The notes: generated by a model from the sequence alone, not told the origin. A stretch of 64,000 bases of DNA from Octopus vulgaris (GCA_951406725.2 OX597833.1:41044001-41108000), one strand, 5' to 3'. Numbered from the stretch's first letter, positions 15,469-30,271 are shown. Numbers and translations are program-made.

Positions 15469-16055
15469 TGATGATAATTCTCTTTACTATAGGCATATTA
15501 TCTGAAGCTTTAAGAGAGGAAACTATTCGATTACATCGACCCCACTGCTTGACTGTTTCTTATTTTATCGACCCCGAAAAGATAAGAGGCAAAGTCAACC
15601 TTAGTCAGAACGTAGCACTAATAATAACCATTCCTAACTTAAGTACAAGGCCTTAGATTTTAGGTGAGAGGTACTATCGATTACATCAACCCAATTATAT
15701 GACTGGTACTATCTTTATAGCTCCCAGAAGAATATTAGGCAAATCAAGTCATCGCTCTAGGAACTCGAACTCTGAACATAAAGAGACATGCCTAAATCCC
15801 ACAAGTAATTTTTTCCCCAATGACGCTTTACCAATCCTAGAATCGAAATGAATTAGCCTGCTATCACGATTGTAACATTGTTTAAACAACAATAACAGTA
15901 TCTTTGGCTAACTTCACCATTTTGCAGAGTGATTAAATAACCATTTCATAAACAAAATATTTAGAAATAATTTTTATTGCTTTTTTTTTTACATCTTTAT
16001 TTTGTCTCAGCAGCACCAAGGTTGTGATCCACTCTGAAAATAGATGTAAACACAC

Positions 16056-16091
<36 letters not shown>

Positions 16092-16092
16092 G

Positions 16093-16132
<40 letters not shown>

Positions 16133-16503
16133 CACACACACACACTCATACACTTATATATATCCTTATATAAACAAATATATATATATATATATACTCA
16201 TAGACACATTATAATGCATACTTGAATGTACGTATGTATATATATTTACATATAGACACATTTGTATATATGTTTATATGTATATATGTTTATATGTATG
16301 TATGTGTGAGTGTATGTGTATGTGTGTGTGTGTGTGTGTGCGTATTAGTGTGTGTTTTATATATATAGGTAAACTTTGCACACATGCTCGCATGCATACG
16401 TACGCATAAAATGCGTGTATTAGACAAAAAATGAAATACCCACGTATCCGAACCCACACTGAGGAAAACGTATATGTGAGGACATGTGTGTGTGTGTGTG
16501 TGG

Positions 16504-16535
<32 letters not shown>

Positions 16536-16682
16536 TGAGAGAGGAGAGTGAGTGAGAGGGAGAAAGAGTGGGTGAGAATGGTATAAACAAGAGTCGGAAT
16601 TTAACCAATTGTCTAATATAGCATAATACAACTGATTACGGTGAATTACACAGTGAAAATCTGGGATATTCTGTTACAAACG

Positions 16683-16713
<31 letters not shown>

Positions 16714-17116
16714 GCAAACGTACACACACTAAAAACACAGGGAGTCATTCGCATACAAACACACGCACGCACGTACACATGCATACCGCACAGGAGGAAA
16801 GACATACCCACACATACATACACACATGACACATACACTCATAGCACGTAGTCAAATACACGAAGGCTCTTATTGTCAGTATTTTAAAACGTTAGACTAT
16901 ATTTATTATTAGCTGTGTGTATAGTAATACACAGACGTATAATCTTAATTGATATTTACAATTTCACATGTACATGAACATAGTCACAGACATAATAGAC
17001 AGACATTGCAAAAATTTTCAGTATACAGGAGCGTGGCTTAGTGGTTAGGGTATTCGGCTCGCAAGCGTAAGGTCGTGAGTTCGAATCCTGACTGCGCGTT
17101 ATGCCGTATGTATGTG

Positions 17117-17167
<51 letters not shown>

Positions 17168-17168
<1 letters not shown>

Positions 17169-17252
17169 TAACGGGAAGGTTTACGAAAATAAACAAAAGA
17201 CGAAGGCAGGTGGAGTACAAACAAACAAATGTATTAGTATGGCGCTCAGGAA
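17168..17252 (-). mobile_element. Family D 3'-terminal fragment between (TA)n tracts
   Basis: AACGGGAAGGTTTACGAAAATAAACAAAAGACGAAGGCAGGTGG...GCGCTCAGGAA; same terminus as the 26614-26729 and 36290-36495 copies. Confidence 0.75.
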
Positions 17253-17255
17253 TAG

Positions 17256-17290
<35 letters not shown>

Positions 17291-17929
17291 CATACATATA
17301 TACATACATACATACATACATATTTATATTTATATTTATATAATTATTGTGTTTGTGTATTATATATATAATTGTATGTGTGTGTATTTGTTCTGGGTTT
17401 GACATTAGTTTGCATCCGATGGGGAGGCGCCAGTTCGGGATTTCTTTAGTTTTGGTACTCCCAGGTCCGTTCAGACCCGGATCGGTAAGACCTCTCAGGT
17501 TCCAATCTATGGGTTAAATACATTTTCCAAAGGTAAAATGGCGACCAAGAGCAAGGCAAAAGTGTTGTACAAGTTTTTCTCCCTTAATTCCGATGATGCA
17601 CAAACCTACAAATGTCTCAATTTCATGTTATTTCTAAGGCGGTGAATTGGCAGAAACTTTAGCACGCCGGGCGAAATGCTTAGCGGTATTTCGTTTGTCT
17701 TTACGTTCTGAGTTCAAATTCCGCCGAGGTTGACTTTGCCTTTTCACCCTGTTGGGGTCGATAAGTTAAGTTCGAGTACCTGGAATATGAACTATTTTTC
17801 GAACAACGAAAAACACAAATGGAAAACAAGACTAACAACATAAAGAACGACCCTTCATCAGTTGTTAGCTGTTTTTTCTACTCTCGTATTTCGAGCAATT
17901 CACAACAAGATCAAACAGTTGCTCCCGCA

Positions 17930-18086
17930 TTCTTCTTCTTCTTCTTCTTCTTCTTCTTCTTCTTCTTCTTCTTCTTCTTCTTCTTCTTCTTCTTCTTCTT
18001 CTTCTTCTTCTTCTTCTTCTTCTTCTTCTTCTTCTTCTTCTTCTTCTTCTTCTTCTTCTTCTTCTTCTTCTTCTTCTTCTTCTTCT
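17930..18086. repeat. Pure (TTC)n/(GAA)n tract of about 50 units
   Basis: Directly visible uninterrupted trinucleotide run. Confidence 0.97.
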
Positions 18087-18449
18087 CTTCCAAGTATTCA
18101 CAACGACCTCGAACCCACAAGTGTAAAGAAGAGAGACAGAGACAGGCAGAAACAAGGGAAATGCCCCTTGTATTTGAGCACTATATAAATATTCTTTCAA
18201 AAACCCTTTCATTTAATTCTTCCAAAATTTTCCATACTTACAGTTGAAAAAGTCTAAATGACTGAAACCGGTACTGAAATGTTTTTCATAAAATTATTTT
18301 AACATTTACTACCTTTACTTTTTTTTCATATATATATATATACACACACACACAATTTACATATATGTGTGTGTGTGTGTGGCATTTTAACCAGTTTCAG
18401 CTCAATAGTTGTGGTCATGCTGGGGCACCACCGTTGACTTTGTACACGT

Positions 18450-18730
18450 TCATTATTTGAAGCCTCCTCTGATTTGATGAATAAAGGAGTTTGAAACTGC
18501 TGCCCTCATCTGTGTTTCCTGGCATGATATAGGCTCATCCGGAACCCTTGACAAGAGGAGATCCAATTTCATTTTTTAAAGACCTACATTTACACCATGC
18601 AGGTCTCTCAGGCATTTTAGAAGGATATTGAAGAGCTGTAGACCCATAAAACCCAAGCTGTTGCAATATCTGGTTCTGTATTTTGATGTCGATGTTGGAA
18701 TCTTTAACACTATATCATATATGGTATATG
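18450..18730 (-). mobile_element. CR1/L2-group LINE 3' fragment
   Basis: Minus strand reads RTRYCNSLGFMGLQLFNILLKCLRDL...KLDLLLSRVPDEP, a typical ORF2 C-terminus. Confidence 0.65.
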
Positions 18731-19134
18731 GAATACCATACAATGTCAATTCTTGATCGACCAAAATTATCTCTGCCTCCAGAGGACCAGAGAACATGTC
18801 ATAATTACGAAATGGCAATTAAGACTTGTTCCATATGAAAAAGGAAGATTATCTCGAGAATCAAGAATTCTCCAAAGTTGACACATCATTAAAGAAAAGG
18901 GCACACTTATTGTCTGATGATAAGAGAAGGGCCGAGGACATCTACACGCATGCTTTCACATATATGCTAGTGTTTATACATGGTCATTCGTATATATGAG
19001 GGTAATTGCATGCAGGTGTATACGTGGGTGTTGTGTAACAATTTTAAAAAAAACATCCTATAAATATAATAGTTTGCTTTTAAACCTTTAGTCTTTTCAA
19101 GTACAGTTTTGCTTGCCCTTACCGTTACATACAT

Positions 19135-19179
<45 letters not shown>

Positions 19180-19606
19180 TACACACACACACAGATACAT
19201 ATTCAAATACGCTCAACGACACTGTGATAGAACACATACTCACATACACTCATATACACACTCTCATACGTACATCTAATCATATACGCACGCTCCTAGA
19301 TTATGTAAACCCTACAAAATTCCTGTTACTTTACACATCAGGCAATCCAACACATATTCCAGGACATTGCAACATACACTCATGCACATATACTCACTAC
19401 ACTACTACACATGCATCTACCTAATATAATCTAGTCCTCATCTGTTCTACGTCTTTTGAACTATTCTCACCAAATATTTATAGGTTATTATCTATATCTT
19501 TATCTATTTCGATCCACTAACCCAAAACAGAGAATTATTTCACGTTCTCTCGAAGTGTATAAATTTTTATAACGTCAACAAAGTTCTTATGTATCTGTAT
19601 GTGTCC

Positions 19607-19678
<72 letters not shown>

Positions 19679-19810
19679 AAGCATGCATATAGACATATAC
19701 ATACAGACGCATATATACATACATATACATATATATATGTATGTATATGTGTTCATGTGTTTGTGTATACACACACACCAACGCACACTTATAGATATAT
19801 ATATACATAT

Positions 19811-19850
<40 letters not shown>

Positions 19851-19853
19851 CAT

Positions 19854-19949
<96 letters not shown>

Positions 19950-19959
19950 ATGTATATAC

Positions 19960-20026
<67 letters not shown>

Positions 20027-20290
20027 TGTATGTATGTATGTATGTATGTATGTATGTATGTATGTATATGTATGTATATAGTATTAGCGAGTGGAAATAC
20101 TTATATATATTGTACCGCAATTTAAAAAATATCCCTCCTCGCTGTGCTTTCAGTTCTGTGTTTCCCATCCCAAACATAGCTTTATTATATATTTTATATA
20201 TTTGTTCAGTCTTGTTGGGTTTTGGCCATGTAGGGAGCTTTTCGTTATCTGCCAATAGTATGTAATTCTGTAGTCCCGTTTTTAAATTTA

Positions 20291-20374
<84 letters not shown>

Positions 20375-20400
20375 ATTTTTTTTTTTACACACATATACAC

Positions 20401-20456
<56 letters not shown>

Positions 20457-20585
20457 TATATATAAAATATTAGACAAAAAATAAGATAACGTTCTTATGG
20501 GTTTTTCTTTTTTTGTAGATATATATATACAATTACTCATATATCCGGGTTAGGAGTTTTGAGTTCTTCCTTGATATATATATAG

Positions 20586-20676
<91 letters not shown>

Positions 20677-20693
20677 TATATAGAGATAGATAA

Positions 20694-20756
<63 letters not shown>

Positions 20757-20770
20757 CACATACACACACA

Positions 20771-20802
<32 letters not shown>

Positions 20803-20812
20803 CACACATATA

Positions 20813-20846
<34 letters not shown>

Positions 20847-20907
20847 AATGCATATACATGCATATATGAATGCATACATATATATATATGCATGTATGCA
20901 TGTGTCC

Positions 20908-20941
<34 letters not shown>

Positions 20942-21271
20942 ATTCATAGATACACATATGTATATGTATGTATGTTTGTGCATGTCAGCGTGTGCGTGTA
21001 TTTATAAGCACATACACAAGCGTGCGCGTTTCTGAAAGTAAAACTGTGTTACAGTATACTTTTTCCCAACGTTGTTATTGTTTTTATTGTTGTCTTCTGG
21101 CAGTTTTTTTTTTTTTTAGTCCTAGAACAGGCCTCACCGATCGGACTATAATCCAACATTGAAACCGCAACCATTCCGTTTTATCTTAGGGATGTGTCGG
21201 GTTACATTATCACATATTCTCTATCATTATTTAAGGCAGAAACGTGTGATTTCGTAGAGGGTAGAATACAT

Positions 21272-21670
21272 TTGCTATTTCTTATTTCTTTATTGCCCAC
21301 AAGGGCCTAAACATAGAGGGGACAAACAAGGACAGACAAATGGGTTTCGACTCCAGTGCGTAACCGGTACTTAATTTATCGACCCCGAAGGGATGAAAGG
21401 CAAAGTCGACCTCGGCGGAATTTGAACTCAAGACGTAACAGCAGACGTAATACCTATTTCTTTACTACCCACAAGGGGCTAAACAAGGAGAGACAAACAG
21501 ATTAAGTCGATTATATCGACCCCAGTGCGTAACTGGTACTTATTTAATCGAACCCGAAAGGATGAAAGGCAAAGTCGACCTCGGCAGAATTTGAACTCAG
21601 AACATAACGGCAGACGAAATACTGCTACGCATTTCGCACGGCGTGCTAACGTTTCTGCCAGCTCGCCGCC
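21272..21670 (-). mobile_element. SINE family B, partially duplicated in tandem
   Basis: Reverse complement of the 47963-48197 copy, with the body/tail segment present twice. Confidence 0.85.
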
Positions 21671-21978
21671 TTTGCTACTTCTTAGAGTCCGACGGACTAC
21701 TGAAGCATGTCTGTCAATGAACCAGATTAAAGCGTTTGCAGTATTTCCCCCCCCCTCTCTCTCTCTACATAGCACACATAATTCCGATGGTGGAACGTAA
21801 CAGTGTGATTTAATTAACCTGAGTACCTTAATATAAAGAGAGGAATAAAATAACTGACAGGAGGCCAATATGAAAGAGAAGTATCGAATTCTTCCTGATG
21901 GAGGTGCTATTCAATCTCCTCATTTAGGGTTGCTGAGATCGATGCCATCATTATTTCTGTTGACACTCACACACACAC

Positions 21979-22016
<38 letters not shown>

Positions 22017-23060
22017 ACACACACATTACACACACACAATTATTTAAGGCGCAGTGTGATTGTAGACAAATACATTTTTATTTCTTATTTCGTGTTAGAG
22101 CAACCTACTAGAGGGGACAAACAAACACAAATTTTCGATATGTAACCTATTAATTTATGTGTGTGTGTGGTGTGTGGTGTGTATCAAGCGTAACAAAGAC
22201 GTGTGTATTGTCTATTACTACCACAACTGGTGTGGTGTGTTATATGAATCTTAACGGTTCAAAAATAACCGATAGGATAAGTACTAGGCATTTAACAAAA
22301 TACGGACGAAATACTGCTCATTCGAGTGGTACCCCAGCATGGCTGCAGTCTGATATACTGAGCAGGTAATGAATATTAAAGGTTTTATGGTTCATTTTCT
22401 ACATGATCTTATTCATAATGTATTGGAATCTACATATTTACCATTCTGCCTTAATATAAAATGGATAAAATTAACTACAACATATAGATCGAACTTCCTG
22501 ATGGATCTACCTAAATTAACTATTAGGGTTTAACCATCCTCTCACATTTCTGTTGACACTAAATCAATAAATACCACACAGCACACACACACAAAAAAAA
22601 CACACACACACATACACACACACACAACATAAATGTATTACAGGCGCAGGTGTGGGTGTGTGAGTAAAGATTATTTCTCAACTACATGGTTCCGGGTTCA
22701 GTCCCACTTCGTGTTACCTTGAGCATGTGACTTCTACTACGGCCTCGGGCCGACAAAACCTTGTGAGGGGATTTGATTGACGGAAACTAAAACAAGCTTG
22801 TCGTATGTGTGTGTGTGTGTGTGTGTGTTTTTTTTCAAGAAAACTAAGAACAAAATTAAATACTGGTAATGGTGTCATTGAGACCCAAATGGATCTTATT
22901 CATAATGTATTGGAATCTTACATATATACCATTCTGCCTAAAAAAATGGATCTACAAATTCAATATCCGTACATATCTCACATCTATTTTCTTTCCTCCA
23001 CCTCACTCTGTATTTTGTATCCTACCTAAATTAACTATTACTTAACCATCCTCTCACACC

Positions 23061-23112
23061 GTCTCTGATGAAGGGATATAATCAATAAATATCCTGGAAA
23101 CAGCTGTAAGAC
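23061..23112 (+). ncRNA. Type I hammerhead ribozyme motif with canonical core boxes
   Basis: Stem I GUCU/AGAC; CUGAUGA; 7-bp stem II GGGAUAU/AUAUCCU; GAAAC-AGCU-GUA, with palindromic stem III ACAGCUGU. Confidence 0.82.
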
Positions 23113-23299
23113 ATTCTATCTATAAATGTTCTAATATCTACACAACCTTGTTTTTTTATCTCATTACGCAAAAAAAATTCTTATATACATATATTAATAT
23201 GAATGAGTAATTCTGCTAAATATTACTAACTCATATTTTGAGACCAATATGTGTCTTCCCTTCTATTTATTACAATAATACTTGTATAATACTGTCTCA

Positions 23300-23650
23300 T
23301 TGCGGTCTGTCCAAGAATCAGAAACCTCTCCGTGAGACAGACTATGTCATGAGCTTTGGAGACTATTTGTTTAAAACAATATAACTCTAGAATAGGAGAA
23401 CCTTCACTCCATTCATTTAGTTTTTTCTGGTTTTTCTTTTTTTTTTTTTTGTCTTGAAAGAGAGAGACGGAGAGTGTGGGATGGTCAAGTCGAACTCTAG
23501 TCGAAGAAATCGAACAAATATACAGCAAGAAAACTGTGACTATGCAAGAACTGAACTACGAGAAGAGGTTGGAAATTTTAAGACTCTAATCCCTGAAATA
23601 GGATGTCTGAAATAGAAAGTCTGGCAGCAAGTTTTACAACGAAAGCCATA
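23300..23650 (+). mobile_element. CR1/L2-group LINE relic (RT C-terminal region)
   Basis: One frame reads LVEEIEQIYSKKTVTMQELNYEKRLEILRL*SL, matching the LExxQ...LxYxxRLxxLxLxSL pattern. Confidence 0.55.
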
Positions 23651-23983
23651 CAAATTCTCAAAGTAGGCCTCCTGCATAATGCCAAACTTTTCATCTAGAC
23701 AGTCCAGTTTTATCTAGATACTGAAAAAATGAGCGAAGGATGTGCATAAACGTCCTTCTATCACATTATAACCACAGAAATTGAAAGTTCAAACATGCTG
23801 TAATTGAAATTAGGAACCTGCGAACACAAATTAGAGAAATGACATCAAATTTTCTCTTTTACCAAGCACACAACGAAGAGTTTGATATCAATGGTGTTGG
23901 CTATGCATGGTAAACCTCTGGCTGGAATCAAGAGAAAAGTAACATGTGTGTGCGTGTTGATGTGTGTATATATATATATATAT

Positions 23984-24030
<47 letters not shown>

Positions 24031-24112
24031 CATACATACATACATACATACATACATACATACATACACACACGCGCGCGCGCGCGCGCGCACATGCACA
24101 CACACACACACA

Positions 24113-24317
24113 CGAGGGGTGCTGAAAGGTTCCTGGCTTTAAGGGTTTCACGAAAGGCGTGATTGGAGGTTCAGCCTTTCGAATTCCTTTAGAAAAACTG
24201 AAGGACAATCGCAATGAGTGTGTGAATCTGAGAGAGGAATATCTTGAATAAAATCATAATTAACTGATCCTCTTGTATTTTCTTTTGCCTATAGCCAGGA
24301 AATTGTCAGCACGCTTT

Positions 24318-24319
<2 letters not shown>
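24113..24319. mobile_element. Short mariner-derived MITE; partial second copy at about 9020-9178
   Basis: Degenerate TIRs CGAGGGGTGCTGAAAGGTTCCTGGCT / AGCCAGGAAATTGTCAGCACGCTTTTG. Internal AATAAAATCATAATTAACTGATCCTC is shared with the 9.1 kb copy. Confidence 0.65.
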
Positions 24320-24354
<35 letters not shown>

Positions 24355-24585
24355 TTGCTTCTGATTTAAATACATTACCAACTTAAAAGAGAGCGCCAGC
24401 TCGAACAAATTGCTGGTGCTATATTTTATCAACCACGGAGAAATGAAAGTCAAAAGTGACCGCTGAGAATTTGAAATTAGAATGCAAAGTACACCCCAGA
24501 AATCTCAAGGAATGTTTTCTTTTACCTGATGCTCTAAACATTCTGCCGGAATGCCTTCCCTGTATGAATACAACTAATATATATA

Positions 24586-24636
<51 letters not shown>

Positions 24637-24823
24637 TGTATTCATATATATATTTGCGCACTGAGCTCTGGTAAAATCATTAATGAATTTTACCCTTTAT
24701 TATAGCTAATATCTATCTATCTATCTATCTATCTATCTCCCTATATATATATTTATATATATATATATATATATATATACATGTGTGTGTGTGTATGTAT
24801 ATATAGATATATATTTATATATA

Positions 24824-24854
<31 letters not shown>

Positions 24855-25360
24855 GTATATACTATTTATATATGTACAATATATACTTTTATACATACAA
24901 ATGCATATACATAAACATGAACACCCACACATACATGTAAGAAAATAAATGTGTAGTTGAGTGTTTGCGTCGAGGGAGAGTGTGAATGAGAGATAAACAA
25001 AATAATGATAAACTGAATTCTTGAGCCAAAATCTATTTATTTCTTTCCTTCTTGTTTAGTTATAACAGAGATAGATATCTACATTATCTTAATCTTCACT
25101 CTAGACTGATCACTAATACTTTATCGTGTGAAAAAAAATGATGAAAGGGAATGTTGTAATATTTTAGTTCATCTTTTGCAAAACAAAAAAAGGCATGCTG
25201 TAATGAAAAACCAGATAATAGGACGTGCGAACACGAATTCAGGCGTACACTGATATACTGACGAAAGTATATATACATACGTACACACATATGTATGTAC
25301 GTATGTATATATATATATACACAAACACATACACACATGTCTATATAAATATATATATGC

Positions 25361-25424
<64 letters not shown>

Positions 25425-25427
<3 letters not shown>

Positions 25428-25727
25428 CGTGATCACCATGACCGACCAGGCTATCAGATGTTGCTACACATCGCTGGTCACAATGCGTTCGGATTGTTTT
25501 AGCCTTCGAATGACGCCACCCCGCTGGCTAAGCGAGCAGCCCAACAGAAGAAAGAGTGAGAGAAAGAGTGGTGAAAGAGTACAGCAGGGATCACCACCCC
25601 CTGCCGGAGCCTCGAGGGGCTTTTAGGTGTTTTCGCTCAATAAAGACTCACGCCCGGTCTAGGAATCGAAACCGCGATCCTACGACCGCGAGTCCCCTGC
25701 CCTAGCCACTAGGTCATTGAGCCTCCA
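25425..25727 (-). mobile_element. tRNA-derived SINE family C (variant tail)
   Basis: Head GTGGAGGC..AATG..CTAGTGG...GGTTTCGATTCC (A/B boxes) shared with 52995, 59022 and 61665. Confidence 0.85.
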
Positions 25728-25747
25728 CATATATATATATATATATA

Positions 25748-26046
25748 TAGAAGAAATGAGGTAATCAGAAGATCGGATGGTTCATATTTATAGATATTTA
25801 TTTATATATTACATTTTTTACATATATATATCATATCATTCAGATTATTAGCGCTTTCTCCCATTCCAGTGGGGTTTTCAAATCAAATTCAATTTGATTT
25901 GAAAACCCCACTGGAATGGGAGAAAGCGCTAATAATCCGAATGATATGATCTGAATGATATGATATATATATGTAAAAAATGTAATATATAAATAAATAT
26001 CTAAAAATATGAACCATCCGATCTTCTGATTACCTCATTTCTTCTA
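25748..26046. repeat. About 300-bp fold-back palindrome between (TA)n tracts, containing a U3-A8 HHR-like motif
   Basis: Arms are reverse-complementary about the single base 25890, with a small duplication in the right arm. 25899-25931 reads UUGAAAA-C-CCCA-CUGGAA-UGGG-A-GAAA-GCGC-UA. Confidence 0.9.
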
Positions 26047-26078
26047 ATATATAATACCTGTACATCATCTCCAAACCT

Positions 26079-26222
<144 letters not shown>

Positions 26223-26254
26223 TTTATTTAAAGCAGCAGAAAATTCAACAAAAC

Positions 26255-26292
26255 CTGTTACTCTGAGTTACCCGTTGCCGTTCGTCGGACAG
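26255..26292 (-). ncRNA. Degenerate hammerhead motif in a (TA)n-flanked insert
   Basis: CUGU-CCGACGA-ACG-GCAA-CGG-GUAA-CUCAGAG-UA-ACAG; stem I CUGU/ACAG; two core substitutions. Confidence 0.5.
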
Positions 26293-26405
26293 TTTTTGCT
26301 AGAATGGAACCGATATGTGAATTCTATTACTCTACCACTGGTATTTGAGTACTCTTTTTTCCACCTTGTTTCACATTTGTGTTTCATATATATATATATA
26401 TACTC

Positions 26406-26481
<76 letters not shown>

Positions 26482-26613
26482 CTGTATAAATATATACGCA
26501 TACACACACATATGTATATATATATACAGTATATACATACATGCATACACATATACATAGATACTTGCATAGAAACCTTTATATATATATATGTATATAT
26601 ATATATATGTATA

Positions 26614-26729
26614 TAACGGGAAGCTTTATGAAAATAGACAAAAGACGAAGGCAGGTTTACGGAAATAAACAAAAGACGAAGGCAGGTGGAATACAAACAA
26701 ACAATTGTATTAGTAAGGCGCTCAGGAAT
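26614..26729 (-). mobile_element. Family D fragment with internal tandem duplication
   Basis: AAATA(G/A)ACAAAAGACGAAGGCAGGT is present twice, as in the 36290 copy. Confidence 0.75.
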
Positions 26730-27084
26730 GTATATATATATATATATATGTACTTGTATATGTTGTGTTCTGTGAATTTGTGGAAAGATATCCCATAAAA
26801 CTCAACAAGTTTGTTTAAATTGGAGAAAAGACGATGTTAAAATTCAGAAGAAATTTAATTCATACATACGATCGTTTCAAACAGTGATATTAAAACATGC
26901 AAATTCATGGTAGAATAGAAATAATTGAATACATTTGATTAAATTAAAATAACAATATATCACTGTGTTCTCCTCAGTGCAAGACGTATAAACAAAAAAA
27001 TATTATTACAGAGGGCTTAATGAAGGAAATAGCAGAGAATGATTTCGAATATTCATATTTATCCTTCTGAGAAGTAATCTGCCC

Positions 27085-27149
<65 letters not shown>

Positions 27150-27192
27150 ACGGTTAGAAAGGGGAGACACAAATAAGAAAGAAGAAAACAAA

Positions 27193-27237
27193 GGACCACT
27201 GATGCGGTCACAGGAGTGTGACGAAAGAACTCTGGCC
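27193..27237 (+). ncRNA. Hammerhead motif with A9-to-C change
   Basis: GGACCA-CUGAUGC-G-GUCACA-GGAG-UGUGAC-GAAAG-AA-CUC-UGGCC; 6-bp stem II; stem I CCA/UGG; insert bounded by (TA)n. Confidence 0.62.
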
Positions 27238-27350
27238 GAAATAAGATTAAGATTAATGTAAAAAATTAAATAACACTAAAGCAAGATAACACCAAATATA
27301 TAGTGCGTGTGTTTTTATTGGCTAAACTGGCAATATGACCATTGTAATGT

Positions 27351-27407
<57 letters not shown>

Positions 27408-27520
27408 CATATATTATATATATATATTATATATATACATATACATATATATATATATGTATGTATATGTGTGTATGTGTGTTTGTGTATTGTATATGTA
27501 CATATGTGTGTGTATGTATG

Positions 27521-27595
<75 letters not shown>

Positions 27596-27777
27596 ATGTA
27601 TCTATGTGTGTATACATATATATATTGGTAGGTGGATAGATAGATAGATAGATAGATAGATATTTACATAGATATATGCATGTATATTTACATACATATA
27701 TATATAGGCATATATACGTATGTGTATACCATATGTGTATATTTAACTATTTATTTATCTCTCTACCTATCAGTCTG

Positions 27778-27834
<57 letters not shown>

Positions 27835-28360
27835 TTATCTGTCTATGTGTCTGTCTATCTGCGTGAATGTATAAGTATCCATGTATATATAATATTCATT
27901 GTAGCAGATAGCATAACTCGCTGAACAATGATAAACCAGGATAATATTTAATAATTTTCTATATTTTTTTAAACATTCACAGACTGGTGCGCGCACACAC
28001 ATACACTCAGAAAAGAAAAGAATCCCACCTAGATAGAGACAGGACCATATTTTGATAACACAACCACACCTTGCTTTGAAAAATATCTACTCACTCTTAC
28101 TAACGCGCTTACACACTCGCGCACACACACACACACACACACACACAACACACATACACACACACTCACACACAACGGCGCGCACCTGTACGCACGCACA
28201 CACTGGCGTGGGTATAACTGTACTTTTAAGGAGTTCGGTCCTGCAATCATGGAGCGCCGGTTTCGATGCTACTGTTTGGCACAATCACCAACCTCTATAT
28301 ATTATATAGATATACATATATTACATATATTATAAATATGTGTGTGGTGTGTGTATGATG

Positions 28361-28413
<53 letters not shown>

Positions 28414-28612
28414 TATATTTTGTGTGTATGTATGTATATATATATACATATATTACGTGATGCAGCACGGAATTTTGTCAGTGAAGAGATCGCGGTCTCA
28501 AAGCGTCGAAAATATTTTGACAAATTAAACTTAAATGTTGAAGCGAATCTAACGGTTTTTGTGTGTTTCTTAAATTGCTTATAAACACCTTCCACGCTGC
28601 AATTGTTTGTTG

Positions 28613-28678
<66 letters not shown>

Positions 28679-29065
28679 AAAAAAAGATTTTAATATACTG
28701 GCAGATGATATCCTTTTAATATCCTTTTAATATCCTTTTAATATCCTGAAATTCAGATTATTTGACAACAAAAAATACGTATAGGAAATATTTACATTTT
28801 TATTATAAATTTCACTTTAAAGCCGACATTTACATACATACATGCATACATACATACATACATAAATACATGCATACATACACACACACTCACACACACA
28901 CACACACACACGTGTGTGTGTGTGTGTGTGTGTGTGAGTATAAAATATAAAAATGATATTAATACTTCCGAAAAATATGTTAACACGACTTTATCAAGGT
29001 GATCCAAAATTAAGTGAAATTCGAATTGAACATATACAAATATATATACATATATACATACATAC

Positions 29066-29147
<82 letters not shown>

Positions 29148-29151
29148 AAAA

Positions 29152-29189
<38 letters not shown>

Positions 29190-29247
29190 AATAATATTTA
29201 TATAAATATATATAATATATATATATATGTACATATATAAATATATG

Positions 29248-29296
<49 letters not shown>

Positions 29297-29327
29297 TTAC
29301 ATTATTTACATGTAGATAGATAGATAG

Positions 29328-29435
<108 letters not shown>

Positions 29436-29803
29436 ATACATATACTCTCTCGTATATGATATAGCTGTAAAGTTACATAAGTGCTTGAAGAGCCTAAATT
29501 TGTTGCGTGGGATTAACAACTTATAAATCATAAATTTTCTCTTCAGTTGAAGTTATATTTATTCATATCTATAAAGCATTAGTGTGTCACGAGACTTTGC
29601 ACTATTTTCTATTTTTAAAATGTGTTCGCAAACCTGGTGAAGTGAAGAACAAATAAAACAAAACAATTATTTTTTTTATTACAAATGATCTTGAAGATAT
29701 ATATTTTTATGTACACACGCATATGAATATGTAAATGCGTATACATAAAGACAACTACATAATTATAGATGTGTGTGCGTGTATACATGTATATACATGT
29801 ATG

Positions 29804-29849
<46 letters not shown>

Positions 29850-30142
29850 AATATATATGCATATGTGTATATACACACACACATATATATACATATATAT
29901 GTTCGTGTATGTATATATATAATATATATTTTATATACATATACATATGCATGTATATATACATATATATATGTAAACATATACATATATTATATATGTT
30001 AGTGTTTATATATATATGTATGTATATGCATATATATATATGTATGTATATATGTATGTATATGCGTATATATATGTATGTATATGCGTATATACATGTA
30101 TATGTGTATATATATGTCTATGTTTTTATATGTCAACTAAAC

Positions 30143-30271
<129 letters not shown>

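Noticed and set aside
17819-18247. Poly-F/S/R/K ORFs
   Set aside because: They arise from the pure (TTC)n tract.
18912-18945. CTGATGA box
   Set aside because: No stem II or GAAA follows, so it is not a hammerhead.
28700-28760. Three 12-bp tandem units (ATATCCTTTTA-like) between CAGATGA and GAAA
   Set aside because: A simple slippage duplication; no stem II and no CRISPR-like spacers.
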